Source: Nitrosopumilus sp. (GTDB lineage: Archaea > Thermoproteota > Nitrososphaeria > Nitrososphaerales > Nitrosopumilaceae). From it: a DNA stretch of 64,000 nucleotides. The position numbers and the translations under genes are program-made. The stretch spans positions 1,795,079-1,859,078 of the forward strand of contig OZ242220.1 in NCBI GenBank assembly GCA_965206745.1. Reading direction: 5' to 3'. Below are positions 40,906-51,818 of this stretch, in pieces. A model generated the notes under the pieces. It worked only from the letters and a program-made list of their open reading frames with translations. It had not been told where the DNA came from and searched no databases. Within the stretch, counting starts at the first letter, position 1; each line of letters begins with the position of its first letter.

Positions 40906-42303
40906 TTGTCAGAATTTGAAGATCTTATCGGTAAACTGCTTGCACAAAAGCCAGAACTAACCAAAGGTGAACTTGAAGAGCAAATCAAACAAAAGAAGGA
41001 AAAGATTGGGGCAGGCTACCTAACTGACCAAGGCGCACTATTTCTAATTGCTTCTGATTATGGAATAGCATTGTCAGAACCAGAAAAGAGCGATATTGAA
41101 TTAAAGGATCTGTACGCAGGTGCAAAGGAAATTTCGTTGGAGACAAGAGTCTTGAACCTTTCACCGGCAAAACAATTTTCTAGAAAGGACGGTTCCCCAT
41201 TCTATCTGAGAACCATGACCGTATACGATGGAAATTCCACAGCTAGCGTAAAGCTGTGGGATGAAAAGGCAAATCTTCCGGGTATTGAGGATCTAAAGCC
41301 AGGCGATCTGATCAAAATAATTAAAGCCTATGTAAAATCTGATCTGGATGGCTCTCCGACCATCAACATCGGTTCCGGATCAAATATAGAGACTAGAGAT
41401 GCTAAAAGTGAAATCCCTACAATTGACACCATCACAAAAGATGTTAGTGAATCCAAAGAGGGTCAAAAAGATCTAGTAATTTCCGGAACTGTTGATGGAG
41501 TGATTAGTGGAATGGAATTTACAAACTCTCGCGGCATGCCTGGAAAAGCACTAAGAATGAGGCTAAAAGGCAAGGATGGAAATGGAATGAGGATAGTGCT
41601 GTGGGGAAAAGATGAATCAGACATTCCAAATATGATTTCGCAAGCTGCCAAAGTAAGACTGCTTGGTGTCAGGGTAAAATCAGGAAATCAGGGAATGGAA
41701 ATTCACGGAAATGACGCAACAATAATTGAAATTGAGGGCGGCAAGGAAGCAGAACCAGTCATTACAAGAGTCCTATCCATAACCCCAACAGAGAGCGGTA
41801 AAAATATGATTTTGGCAGTTGACAATAAAAAGAATTTATTTAACATCAGTGATCTTTCAAACTCCACTAGCATCTGCATAGAAGGCGATGTCATAGAATG
41901 TATGCCATCAAAAATTTATGGAAATTCAATCACGCTAGATGAGAATTCCTTCGTAAGAAAGCTGGACAACGACGAATCCATTCCTTCATTATCCCAGATT
42001 AGGACAAAGATCAATGATGTCAAGGTAGATGCAAGTTACTGTATTGAGGCAATCGTATTGAAGGTTCCAGAAAGACGCGAAATTCAAACAAAAACAGGCG
42101 AATCAGTAACACTCTCAGAGATGTTTGTTGAGGATGACACAGGACAAATTTGGATAAAGGGCTGGAGAAACCTATCGAGAATTATTGACAAGTGTGAGTT
42201 GGGAGAAATTATTTCAGTTACAGGACTCAATGCAAAGCCGGGACTGGAGGGCAGAATAGAGTTATTTGTTGGCCCATTTTCTAAAATTACAAAAAAGAAC
42301 TAA
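40906..42303 (+). CDS. rpa: Replication protein A (multi-OB-fold ssDNA-binding protein)
   Basis: DUF2240-like N-terminus, F.RKDG, LWD/LWG, D.TG.I.I..W OB-fold signatures. Confidence 0.85.
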   Translation: MSEFEDLIGKLLAQKPELTKGELEEQIKQKKEKIGAGYLTDQGALFLIASDYGIALSEPEKSDIELKDLYAGAKEISLETRVLNLSPAKQFSRKDGSPFYLRTMTVYDGNSTASVKLWDEKANLPGIEDLKPGDLIKIIKAYVKSDLDGSPTINIGSGSNIETRDAKSEIPTIDTITKDVSESKEGQKDLVISGTVDGVISGMEFTNSRGMPGKALRMRLKGKDGNGMRIVLWGKDESDIPNMISQAAKVRLLGVRVKSGNQGMEIHGNDATIIEIEGGKEAEPVITRVLSITPTESGKNMILAVDNKKNLFNISDLSNSTSICIEGDVIECMPSKIYGNSITLDENSFVRKLDNDESIPSLSQIRTKINDVKVDASYCIEAIVLKVPERREIQTKTGESVTLSEMFVEDDTGQIWIKGWRNLSRIIDKCELGEIISVTGLNAKPGLEGRIELFVGPFSKITKKN

Positions 42304-45041
42304 GAGTCCCAAAAACCCCTAGTAACAACATACTGTCTTTCTGCTTCATAGATTTGCTTGAACAAATGTTCTTCATCAATCATATTTCTCAAAATTCTTG
42401 CAGCAGTATCGGCCCCTACGCCGTATCCAGAAATTACGGTGATGGCAGTCTTGCCAAAATTTTCAACCAGGGAGGCGACCTTCCAGGCACGGACAAACTT
42501 GTGGTTCTCTTCTGCAGAGAGTTTCTTTCCCTCGTGTTTTTTCCGAATTATTTTGGGCAGATCATAATCCGAATAATATGTTGAGGTGATTTGCCTTGCC
42601 TTACAGTAAGGACAGGCCAGCAAATTCTTTACCTCAAATGTTTGCATTACCCGCTCCCATCTTCCACAGCGGGCACAAATCAGGCGGTGCTTGGTTTTTT
42701 CCAGTCTAGCTTTGACAAGATCAATGATTCCTTTGTCAAGATTTGCAGGGGAGGAATAATATTTCGCGGTATGATCCAACACGGGCTCGGCCAATTTTGA
42801 GAATCCGTCAACCTCCAACCACGTGACATGAATTTCATCATCCTGAATCTTTTTTAGAATCCTTTCAGTATTTTTGAGGTCATACTTGTCATGAAACAGT
42901 TCCCGCAGTGCTTCATGCACAAGTGCTGTCTTGGAATACCGTTCGTACAAAAATCGGGCGGACTTTCTTTCATATATCGCTCCACGGCCAACGACGCCAA
43001 ATTTTTTGGCAACACACCAGGTTCTCCAGTTCACATTGTGAGTTCCAGTCAGAGACGAACTGACGACAGACTGTAAATCATAATCATCTTTTAGTACTTC
43101 AACGAAAAGCTTTTCTGAAATCCTTGATGTGGAGGATAGAACAATTCGGTATCCATCAGAACGAGAATCAACAATCGACCCCAGCATTGTGGAAAGCATT
43201 GATGAAAGCAGTGTTGATAGTGTAGAGTTGATTTTGGTGCCAAAACAGCAATGAATTACAATTGAACCCTGAGATCTGTTAGATTCAACTACAACATTGT
43301 TCTCATCGGGAATCGGATCAAGGGCTAACTTTTCAATCATTTTATTTATCAGAGTGATATTTCCGCCCTTTACCTTACTGCGAAAATTGCCCACCCTTCG
43401 CGCAGTCTTGTAATCAATTGCAATGTTCTCCCCCTCCCAATAGGGGACAGTCACTCCTCCCCCTCTGAAGGGCTCGACATTTACGCTGAATGATTTTTCA
43501 TCCACATTGAGAATCCTCCATTGTGAGCCCTTTAGGACAAAGATGTTTCCCGAATCGCCAAAATCGCCGACAAACCTTTGATCCAAAGATCCGATGATCT
43601 TTTTGCCGACACTGTCAAAGACCTTGAATTTCAGAATGTCGGGTATTGTTGAGAGGTTTTCAAAATAATATTTGAAGGCGCCGCCTTTCTTCCAGTAGGT
43701 CATCTTTGTTCTGTCAAAAAATATCAGATAGTTTGAATCAAGCAAATCCAACACGTCAACCAGATCGTTGATTTTTAAATTTCTAAACGGGTATGCTTTG
43801 GTTATCAAGTCAAAAGCTTCCTCTACTGAAACCTCGCCAATTTGCATCGATAGTCCAACTAGGTGGTGGGCCAAAACATCAAGTGAGCCGTCATGAATTT
43901 TTTGCTCTTCAATCGAACCTTCCTCAATACGATCTAGAATGGCTCTTGCTTCAAATTCATCATCAGGGTTGTTTGTAATAATTAATCCCTGAGCCGATGC
44001 GTTGCGATTGTGCTTGCTTCGGCCAATTCTTTGGACAAATTTTGACACCTGTCTAGGAGAACCATAATGAATCACCAACTCGATTGATCCGATGTCCAGG
44101 CCCAATTCTAGTGACGATGTGCATACTACAATGCCGCGCTTTCCTTCACGTAAAGTCATCTCGGTTTCCTCCCGCACTTGTTTTGAGAGGGAACCGTGGT
44201 GTAATTCAATGGGAACAGATGACTTTTCTTTTAAAATTGATGCTAAAAATTCAGCCTCCCCCCGGGTATTGGTGAAAAGAAGAACTGGGGAATCCAGATT
44301 CAATTCTAACACGTATTCAGTTATCTTTTCTGCTACATCAGTGATTGTCCCATCAACATATTTTATTTCTACATCATATTTTCGTACAGAGGTATCCCGT
44401 ATAATCTCACATTTTCGTTTGGTGCCTACAACAAATTTCCCTGCCTCATCAACATTGCCGACCGTAGCAGACAGTCCGATTTTTGTGAGTGGATATTTTG
44501 AGTTTAGTTCTAGTCTTTCGATGCTCAATGAAAGCTGGGAGCCTCGCTCACTGGACAGTAGCTCGTGCACTTCATCAATGACTATCCATTCCAAGTCAGT
44601 CAATGCGGCAAGCATTTTAACTTGTGTTAAAAGAATCACGAGGGTTTCAGGAGTCGTAATCAGAATATCCGGCGGATTTTCGGTTATTTTTTTCCTGTCC
44701 TTTTGACTGGTATCGCCGTGGCGGATTTCAATTGTCAGTTGGTTTTGATCAGCATACTTTGTAATCCTTCGAAAGACATCTCGATTCAATGCCCTAAGCG
44801 GAGTAATGTATAGAGCTTTAATTTTTCCAGTCTTTTTGACATTTTTTAAAAGTGAAAAAATTGGTATTACCGAACATTCAGTTTTGCCGGAACCCGTGGG
44901 GGCAATAACAAGACAGTCTTTTTTCTGCAGGATTACCGGTGATGCTTTTTTTTGAATTTCAGTTAGTTTAGAAAAACCAAACTTTCCAAATAAGGAATCA
45001 AGATGATGATTTGGTGGTGGTGCTTGATCGTGATTTTTCAT
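42300..45041 (-). CDS. lhr: Lhr-type DEAD/DEAH helicase
   Basis: APTGSGKT, TPLRALNRD, TTPE, DEVHE, SAT, HHGSLS, TSSLELGLD, QRIGRS; C-terminal CxxC..CPYC. Confidence 0.92.
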   Translation of the reverse strand: MKNHDQAPPPNHHLDSLFGKFGFSKLTEIQKKASPVILQKKDCLVIAPTGSGKTECSVIPIFSLLKNVKKTGKIKALYITPLRALNRDVFRRITKYADQNQLTIEIRHGDTSQKDRKKITENPPDILITTPETLVILLTQVKMLAALTDLEWIVIDEVHELLSSERGSQLSLSIERLELNSKYPLTKIGLSATVGNVDEAGKFVVGTKRKCEIIRDTSVRKYDVEIKYVDGTITDVAEKITEYVLELNLDSPVLLFTNTRGEAEFLASILKEKSSVPIELHHGSLSKQVREETEMTLREGKRGIVVCTSSLELGLDIGSIELVIHYGSPRQVSKFVQRIGRSKHNRNASAQGLIITNNPDDEFEARAILDRIEEGSIEEQKIHDGSLDVLAHHLVGLSMQIGEVSVEEAFDLITKAYPFRNLKINDLVDVLDLLDSNYLIFFDRTKMTYWKKGGAFKYYFENLSTIPDILKFKVFDSVGKKIIGSLDQRFVGDFGDSGNIFVLKGSQWRILNVDEKSFSVNVEPFRGGGVTVPYWEGENIAIDYKTARRVGNFRSKVKGGNITLINKMIEKLALDPIPDENNVVVESNRSQGSIVIHCCFGTKINSTLSTLLSSMLSTMLGSIVDSRSDGYRIVLSSTSRISEKLFVEVLKDDYDLQSVVSSSLTGTHNVNWRTWCVAKKFGVVGRGAIYERKSARFLYERYSKTALVHEALRELFHDKYDLKNTERILKKIQDDEIHVTWLEVDGFSKLAEPVLDHTAKYYSSPANLDKGIIDLVKARLEKTKHRLICARCGRWERVMQTFEVKNLLACPYCKARQITSTYYSDYDLPKIIRKKHEGKKLSAEENHKFVRAWKVASLVENFGKTAITVISGYGVGADTAARILRNMIDEEHLFKQIYEAERQYVVTRGFWDS

Positions 45042-45117
45042 AAACAATTACGCCAACTAGGCCAAGTGCAAATAAGACTGCGGTAATAACTGGTATTGAG
45101 TCAAAAATTCCTGCCAT
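44998..45117 (-). CDS. Possible 39-aa single-TM micropeptide or gene remnant
   Basis: Manual translation MAGIFDSIPVITAVLFALGLVGVIVYEKSRSSTTTKSSS; overlaps the lhr start. Confidence 0.3.
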   Translation of the reverse strand: MAGIFDSIPVITAVLFALGLVGVIVYEKSRSSTTTKSSS

Positions 45118-45139
45118 TGTTTAACCTAAGATTAGACCA

Positions 45140-45799
45140 TTAAAAATCTTCACTATTATCAGACAGTCCGATTTTATTAATCACGTAAGGAAAATTTTCC
45201 TTTTTCAATGCCCAGTAGACTTGACCATTGAATTTTGATGAATTTTTAAAAAGATGAATCTTGATGTGGGTATAGGGATCAATTGCATTTTGCATGTTTT
45301 CCACTTCAACATTATTTGCCATTCTAATCATATTGGTAACTACGATTGGAATATTTTTTGTGATTGCCAATCTTGATAGTTCATGCATGTATTTCATAAA
45401 TAACAGATTCTTTTCAAATGTGGGCTTTTCTTTTTGGTATTCATAAGAGAATAGATCAGTAATGTTGTCAATTACTATTAAAGAGAAACGGCTCTGCTCC
45501 AGATTGTTAATTGATTTGATTTGTTCTGAGGTATTTGTAATTCTAGATACGGTTATCTTTTCCAATAAATTGATCTCTATGCCCAGTTCCTTCTGAATTC
45601 CAATGATTCGTTCCGGTCTAAATCCACCGGTGGTATCAAAATACAGGACATTGCCGTCATTTTTAATTGAATTTATGCACAATTGCAACAGGAACAGGGT
45701 CTTGCCAGTTCCATTCTCACCAAATACATCCACAATCACATTATTGGGAATTCCACCTGACAAGAATTTGTCTAATTTCTTTAAACCTGTAGAGATCAT
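45140..45799 (-). CDS. RadA/RadB-like RecA-family paralog
   Basis: ISTG...LD..L.GGIP, GENGTGKT, DT.GGFRPERI, LIVID, VVTN. Confidence 0.85.
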   Translation of the reverse strand: MISTGLKKLDKFLSGGIPNNVIVDVFGENGTGKTLFLLQLCINSIKNDGNVLYFDTTGGFRPERIIGIQKELGIEINLLEKITVSRITNTSEQIKSINNLEQSRFSLIVIDNITDLFSYEYQKEKPTFEKNLLFMKYMHELSRLAITKNIPIVVTNMIRMANNVEVENMQNAIDPYTHIKIHLFKNSSKFNGQVYWALKKENFPYVINKIGLSDNSEDF

Positions 45800-45906
45800 T
45801 TGGATAATTATTAAAAAACAAGAAAAAATTTAAAGAATTTGTATTTTTATAAAAGAGGTAAGGCTTTTATGATAGAGAACAAAGTTGCAAAACAAGTGAA
45901 CAATCA

Positions 45907-46152
45907 GTGGAACAATCAAATAGCGCAAAAAGACCTCTAACAACCCTTCAAAAAAGTACCAAGAAGAAAGTTACCGTGAGACTGAAAAACGAAGTGGAAT
46001 ACAAAGGAAAGATGGACAACGTGGATTCCTACATGAATTTGATCATGACTGATGCTGAAGAGCTTCAGGACGGTAAAACAATTGCAAATTATGGCAGAGT
46101 GATCGTAAGAGGCAACAATGTATTATTTATCAAACTTGAAAACGAACTCTAG
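45907..46152 (+). CDS. Sm-like (Lsm/SmAP) RNA-binding protein
   Basis: V.V.LKN..Y.G....D..MNL...DAEE, VIVRGNNV. Confidence 0.93.
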   Translation: MEQSNSAKRPLTTLQKSTKKKVTVRLKNEVEYKGKMDNVDSYMNLIMTDAEELQDGKTIANYGRVIVRGNNVLFIKLENEL

Positions 46153-46168
46153 TTAGCGATGTGGTTTT

Positions 46169-47335
46169 ATGACCAATAATTTTCTATTCACCTCCGAATC
46201 AGTTACTGAAGGACATCCGGACAAAATCTGTGACAATATTTCTGATGCATTCTTGGATGAATACCTCAGACAAGATCCTGATTCTAGGGTTGCAGTTGAA
46301 ACGATGGTGACAACTGACTATGTGGTTGTGTCAGGGGAAGTCACATCAAAGGCGGAGTTTGATAAAGAGGCTCAGGAAGAGCTAGTCAGAAAGACAATTA
46401 GGGAGATTGGTTACGATAACAAAGATTTGATGTTTGACGGGGATACCTGCAAAGTGGACTTGAGACTTCATTCCCAGAGTCCGGATATCAGTCAAGGTGT
46501 TACAGCTACTGAAAAAAAAGAGCAAGGTGCAGGGGATCAGGGCCTGATGTTTGGTTATGCATCAAATGAAACCAAGGAGTTGATGCCCATGCCAATTCTG
46601 CTGGCACACAAGCTTATTCAGAGATTATCAAAAGTAAGAAGAGATCAAACTTTGCCATGGGTAAGACCTGACGGCAAATCACAGGTATCTGTAAGGTATG
46701 AAGATAACAAACCCACAAGGATTGAAACGGTTGTCATATCCACACAACATGACCTCAAAGTTTCACAAGAGGAGATTTCAAGGGAAATTATTGACAAAGT
46801 CATCAAGCCGGTTTTAGGAAATCTTTGGAACGATCAAATCAAAATCCACATCAATCCGACGGGAAAGTTCGTTATCGGAGGTCCGCACGGGGACGCAGGA
46901 CTAACCGGAAGGAAGATCATTGTTGACAGCTATGGCGGGTTTGGAAGGCATGGAGGTGGAGCCTTCTCAGGAAAGGATCCATCCAAGGTGGATAGATCTG
47001 CATGTTACATGTGCAGATACATTGCAAAAAATCTTGTAGCGGCAGGATTAGCAGACAGATGCGAAGTTCAACTAGCATACGCAATAGGAGTGGCAGAGCC
47101 GGTATCACTTTATGTCAATACGTTTGGGACAAACAAAATCCCCGAAAGTAAAATTGAGGAAATAGTCAGGGAAAATTTTGATATGAAGCCATCAGGAATC
47201 ATCTCTCAGTTGGATTTGAAGAGGCCCATCTACAAAAAAACTGCCGCCTATGGTCATTTTGGAAGGGAAGAACCAGAGTTTACTTGGGAAAAAACCGACA
47301 AATCCGAAGCATTAAGGCAGTCTGCCGGACTGTAG
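46169..47335 (+). CDS. metK: S-adenosylmethionine synthetase, bacterial/eukaryotic type
   Basis: [40 protein letters not shown]. Confidence 0.97.
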   Translation: MTNNFLFTSESVTEGHPDKICDNISDAFLDEYLRQDPDSRVAVETMVTTDYVVVSGEVTSKAEFDKEAQEELVRKTIREIGYDNKDLMFDGDTCKVDLRLHSQSPDISQGVTATEKKEQGAGDQGLMFGYASNETKELMPMPILLAHKLIQRLSKVRRDQTLPWVRPDGKSQVSVRYEDNKPTRIETVVISTQHDLKVSQEEISREIIDKVIKPVLGNLWNDQIKIHINPTGKFVIGGPHGDAGLTGRKIIVDSYGGFGRHGGGAFSGKDPSKVDRSACYMCRYIAKNLVAAGLADRCEVQLAYAIGVAEPVSLYVNTFGTNKIPESKIEEIVRENFDMKPSGIISQLDLKRPIYKKTAAYGHFGREEPEFTWEKTDKSEALRQSAGL

Positions 47336-48181
47336 CAACTCCAATACGGATTGAAATTTGATTTTAGATATTCTAGACAACCTCCGATGGTCCCCTTTGA
47401 AATTACCAATCAGAATGTTCAGATCGTCAATTCCAAAAGCAGATTTTGGATTTGTAATTGCACTGTGATACGCATCTTCAAGGTCAATTTTCCTAATTTT
47501 GGTTTTAGTTCCCCTCGAAAAGAGCTTGACATATTTTTCAAAAGTCACATAGTCAGGCCCGACAAGATCAATGATCTTGTCATTGAATCTCAATTGTGAT
47601 GCCGATTCAAAAATAACCTTTACAACATCAGATACGTGTATTGGTTGAATTGAATATGTCCCAGAGCCAGGAATTATAATTTCTCCGGATTTGATCTGTT
47701 TTTTTAGATTTTTTGAAAGCAAGTCGTTTTTTCCGACAATGTATGACGGTCTAAAGATCGTAAAATCTAAACCGGAATCGATGATCTGTTTTTCCGCATT
47801 ATATTTTGAAATAAAGTAACCCGAGGATGAATTTGACGAAACCCCTAGGCCGCTCAAGAAAATAATTTTTTTTATTTTGGCTTTCTTGCTTAAATCTACA
47901 ACACGTTTTGTCAAATCGGTATTTACCATGTCATAGTCGACATTCACGGATTGCCTCCCTATTCCAACAAGGTGGATTAGTGCATCTGAATTTCGTATCT
48001 TTTTGAGCATGTCTCCCCCTTCATAGTTTTTTGAGACAACTTTGGTTTCACATTCAAAGTTCTCAAAGTCATTTCTGGATATTGAGATCAGTTCGATATT
48101 TTCCTCTGATAGGTATCTTCGAAGATTTTTGGCAATAAAACCACTAGCCCCAGTAACGGCAATCTTTAGAGACTCAACCAT
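47312..48181 (-). CDS. NAD(P)-binding atypical SDR (NDUFA9-like)
   Basis: [28 protein letters not shown]. Confidence 0.8.
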   Translation of the reverse strand: MVESLKIAVTGASGFIAKNLRRYLSEENIELISISRNDFENFECETKVVSKNYEGGDMLKKIRNSDALIHLVGIGRQSVNVDYDMVNTDLTKRVVDLSKKAKIKKIIFLSGLGVSSNSSSGYFISKYNAEKQIIDSGLDFTIFRPSYIVGKNDLLSKNLKKQIKSGEIIIPGSGTYSIQPIHVSDVVKVIFESASQLRFNDKIIDLVGPDYVTFEKYVKLFSRGTKTKIRKIDLEDAYHSAITNPKSAFGIDDLNILIGNFKGDHRRLSRISKIKFQSVLELLQSGRLP

Positions 48182-48265
48182 AATAGAACCAACTTTGTTT
48201 TAATTTTAAGTCTATTTGAACAGTTGTGAAATAAGAGTTAATACTACAAAATCAATACAACTAAC

Positions 48266-49354
48266 GTGGAAGAAGAAAAGACAAAATTAAAGACAGGCTA
48301 TACCACGGGGAGCTCCGCAACTGCAGCATCAAAGGCTGCACTGTTATCAATAATCAATCAGAAGGAAATTCAGAGTGTGGATATTTTGCTGCCAAAGGGA
48401 TCCTATGTTCAAATTCCGATACACTCATGTGAATTCGGGTCTGACAGGGCAAGATGCTCGGTGATCAAAAATGGGGGAGATGATCCTGATGTTACACACG
48501 GGGCCGAGATCATCGTGGAGTTGTCACTTACTGAAAAAATAGAGGAGATCGAGATTGATGGCGGAGAGGGAGTGGGGATAGTAACCAAGCCAGGGCTGGG
48601 TTTGGAAATTAACAAGCCTGCCATAAACCCGGTTCCTAAAAAAATGATTATTGAAAATCTAAGACAGGCAGGAGAAAAAGTTCTTTTGGAAAAGGGAATC
48701 AGGGTGATTATCTCAGTACCCAAAGGAAAGGAGTTGGGACCCAAAACAGACAATCCAAGACTGGGGATCACAAATGGGATCTCAATTTTGGGAACCAGTG
48801 GAATTGTCGTTCCATTTTCTACAGCAGCCTATGCAGCATCAATTAGACAGAACTTGGATGTGTCAATTGCAATGGGTAATGATACAGTGGTGCTGACAAC
48901 TGGCGGAAGAAGTGAGGATTTTGCAAAGAAGATAGTGGATTTGCCGGAGCACTGTTTTGTACAGATGGGTGATTTTTCAGGATATACAATTCAGCAGTGC
49001 GGCAGAAAGGAGATCAACAGGGCATATGTTGTAGGTTTCATCGGAAAGCTGGCAAAGATGGCAGCGGGAGTTAAACAGACTCATGTTAAAGGATCCAAAG
49101 TGGATATGGGTTTTCTGGCCCAACTAGCTCAAAAGTGTAATGCCAACCAGAGTGTAGTTGAAGATGTAAAAAAAGCAAATACAGCAAGACACGTCTTGGA
49201 GATTATTCAAGAAAGCAAGGTTGGGGGATTTTTTGACTTGATCTGTGCTGAGACATACAGACACATGAGAAAGCACTCTGAAGAAAAGGTTTCAATTGAC
49301 GTGATATTGTTTGATTTTGAAGGAAATATTCTGGCCAGAAAATCTGAACAGTAA
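48266..49354 (+). CDS. cbiD: Cobalt-precorrin-5B C1-methyltransferase
   Basis: GYTTGS.A.AA, K.GGDDPDVTHG, GVG.VTKPGL, NPRLGI..GISILGT.G. Confidence 0.95.
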   Translation: MEEEKTKLKTGYTTGSSATAASKAALLSIINQKEIQSVDILLPKGSYVQIPIHSCEFGSDRARCSVIKNGGDDPDVTHGAEIIVELSLTEKIEEIEIDGGEGVGIVTKPGLGLEINKPAINPVPKKMIIENLRQAGEKVLLEKGIRVIISVPKGKELGPKTDNPRLGITNGISILGTSGIVVPFSTAAYAASIRQNLDVSIAMGNDTVVLTTGGRSEDFAKKIVDLPEHCFVQMGDFSGYTIQQCGRKEINRAYVVGFIGKLAKMAAGVKQTHVKGSKVDMGFLAQLAQKCNANQSVVEDVKKANTARHVLEIIQESKVGGFFDLICAETYRHMRKHSEEKVSIDVILFDFEGNILARKSEQ

Positions 49355-49379
49355 GGTATTTTATTAAAGCAGAAAGATT

Positions 49380-50438
49380 TTGATTATGGAGAAAACATCG
49401 GTCCTTGCTATTACTAAAAACGGGGTAAAGATAGGAGAGAATCTGAAAAAATTGTTTCCGGATTGGAACGTGTTTGCTCCTTTGAAATTAACAACCAGTG
49501 CAGTGGGAATTGAATGGTACTCTGAGCCCACAACAGAGAAGATTGTAGAACTTTTCAAAGATAGTAATGCGTTAATCTGTATTTTTTCATTGGGGGCAGT
49601 AATTAGGCTAATTGCCCCATATTTGAAAGACAAAAAGACGGATCCGGCAGTAATTGTCATCGATGACAAGACAAATTTTGTAATTAGTGTCCTGTCCGGA
49701 CATATAGGAGGGGCCAATGAGCTTACCGAAGAGATCGCAAAGAAACTGGGAGCCCTGCCTGTAATCACCACGGCAGCTGATGTAAACAAGACAATTGCAG
49801 TTGATCTTGTAGGAAGGGAGTTTGATTGGAAGATAGATGATGATTCAACGGTGACCAGAATTAGCGCGCACATGGTAAATGAGGAACCAATAGGCGTATT
49901 CCAAGAGGCAGGGGAGAGAAACTGGTATAAAAAATTGCCAAAGAATGTTGTGATTTATGACAACATTGAGGATCTGAAAAGATCAAATTCCAAAGCTTGC
50001 CTAATAATTTCTGACAAAATTATCGATGAACAGTTAGCCAGGGAATCAGTAGTTTATCGGCCTCCCAGTTTGGTCATTGGGATCGGATTGCACTGGGATA
50101 CTTCAAAGGATACGATTAGAAAAGGCATCGAGTCTTGCTTGGAGAAATTCAAGTTAAACTCAAAATCAATTGCAAGATTGGTATCAATAAAAAAGCCTGA
50201 AGACGTACAGGGACTAGTTGATCTTGGAGAAGAGATGGGAATTCCAGTGCAATATGTAAACAGGGAGGATTTGGCTGAAATTTCTGCTCCAAATCCATCT
50301 GAGACGGTAAAAGCATTTGAAGGGACTGCAAGTGTCTCCGAAGCTGCTGCCATCAAAGTCTCCGGAGGCCAATTGATAGTAGAAAAACAGAAATTCCCGC
50401 CAAATTTGACCATAGCCATAGCGAGGATAATGAATTGA
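49380..50438 (+). CDS. cbiG: Cobalt-precorrin-5A hydrolase
   Basis: GAVIR.IAP...DK..DPAV, LSGH.GGAN, VITTA.D, SVSEAAA. Confidence 0.93.
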   Translation: MIMEKTSVLAITKNGVKIGENLKKLFPDWNVFAPLKLTTSAVGIEWYSEPTTEKIVELFKDSNALICIFSLGAVIRLIAPYLKDKKTDPAVIVIDDKTNFVISVLSGHIGGANELTEEIAKKLGALPVITTAADVNKTIAVDLVGREFDWKIDDDSTVTRISAHMVNEEPIGVFQEAGERNWYKKLPKNVVIYDNIEDLKRSNSKACLIISDKIIDEQLARESVVYRPPSLVIGIGLHWDTSKDTIRKGIESCLEKFKLNSKSIARLVSIKKPEDVQGLVDLGEEMGIPVQYVNREDLAEISAPNPSETVKAFEGTASVSEAAAIKVSGGQLIVEKQKFPPNLTIAIARIMN

Positions 50439-51187
50439 GGCGAGGATTATTACTGATTGACAGGGGAAGCAGGCAGAGAGAGGCATCTGAAGAACTAGAT
50501 GTGATTTGTCAAGGAATCAAGGCAAAAGGCGACTATGTCTTCACTGACTACTGCTTTCTGGAGGTGGAGCCGCCATATATTGAAGATGGGATTTCAAAAT
50601 GCCTCAAAGAGGACATTGATTCTCTGACTATAGTTCCATACTTTTTGTATCCGGGCAGAAAGGTGAAAATTGCAGTTACGGATGTAATGAAATTTCAAAA
50701 AGACACCAAAGTAAAATTTGTAGTTACAAAACAGATGAGCATGCACAAAACTTTGGTAGACGTTGTAGAAAATAGAATAACTACGACTCTTAAAGAAAAT
50801 CAGATTACGCTCTCAAATGATCAAGTGGATGTAATGTTAATCGGGCACGGGAGTAAGGATCCAAAGGCTCAGATGTCGCTAGATTACGTCGTAAACAACC
50901 TGGAGGATTCCTACAGAAACGTGAGCCGATGTTGGCTAGAGATAGAGCAGCCAGACATTTTTGAGGGAATAAAAAAATGTGAAAAGGACGACCCAAAGGT
51001 TCTGGTGATTGTCTTTTATTTCCTTCACGAAGGAGCGCATGTAAAGACTGATATCAATAATGACTTGATTCCAGCACTGGAGGATTCCAGCATAAAAAAT
51101 TCTTTCGTTACAAAACACATAGGAACGGATCAAAAAATGGTGGATTTGATATTGGAGAGGGCCAAAGAGGTAGAGGATGCAGACTAG
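50435..51187 (+). CDS. cbiX: Sirohydrochlorin cobaltochelatase (two-domain CbiX)
   Basis: Duplicated CbiX fold: RGS..FLE..P..VPYFL, then GHGS..LE..P..FL.EGAHV..DI. Confidence 0.85.
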   Translation: MRRGLLLIDRGSRQREASEELDVICQGIKAKGDYVFTDYCFLEVEPPYIEDGISKCLKEDIDSLTIVPYFLYPGRKVKIAVTDVMKFQKDTKVKFVVTKQMSMHKTLVDVVENRITTTLKENQITLSNDQVDVMLIGHGSKDPKAQMSLDYVVNNLEDSYRNVSRCWLEIEQPDIFEGIKKCEKDDPKVLVIVFYFLHEGAHVKTDINNDLIPALEDSSIKNSFVTKHIGTDQKMVDLILERAKEVEDAD

Positions 51188-51818
51188 AAAGGGCCAGTCT
51201 ATCGAAGATGCCAGCATGCAGATGATTGAGGATGAGATAGGCCCTCACCAGTTCGGTGAAAAGGAATGGCCCATTGTCAGAAGAATAATTCATTCAACGG
51301 CAGATTTTGATTTTGCAGGAAAAAACAAGCTAATTTTTCACAAGGATGCAATTCAGAGTGCAATGAAGGCCTTGCAGGGAGGCTGCAGCATAGTAGTTGA
51401 TGTCAACGGGGTGATCGGAGGGATGAATAAGCAAAATCCGAAAGATTTCGGTAACGACATAGTTTGTAACATTTCAAAACCGGAGATCATGGAATTGGCA
51501 AAGAAGGAGGGCAAGACGCGCTCACAGGTATCCATGAGGGCGGCGATTTCAGATATTGACGGAGGGGTTGTGGCAATTGGAAATGCCCCGACTGCCCTGC
51601 AGGAAGTAATCCAGATGGTCAAAGAAGGCACGGTAAAGCCTGCCTTGATCATCGGGATTCCGGTGGGATTCATATGCGCTGCAGAGTCAAAGGAGGAGCT
51701 AGCCAAGCTGCAACAGGTGCCATTTATCACAAATATTGGGAGAAAGGGCGGAAGTTCCTCAGTATCTGCAGTAATTAACGCAATTTTCAAGTTAATCAGG
51801 GCAGAGTCATCTTCTTGA
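51177..51818 (+). CDS. cbiC: Precorrin-8X methylmutase
   Basis: IE..S, RIIHSTAD, TRS, IGNAPTAL, PVGF..A.ESK, GRKGGS. Confidence 0.95.
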   Translation: MQTRKGQSIEDASMQMIEDEIGPHQFGEKEWPIVRRIIHSTADFDFAGKNKLIFHKDAIQSAMKALQGGCSIVVDVNGVIGGMNKQNPKDFGNDIVCNISKPEIMELAKKEGKTRSQVSMRAAISDIDGGVVAIGNAPTALQEVIQMVKEGTVKPALIIGIPVGFICAAESKEELAKLQQVPFITNIGRKGGSSSVSAVINAIFKLIRAESSS

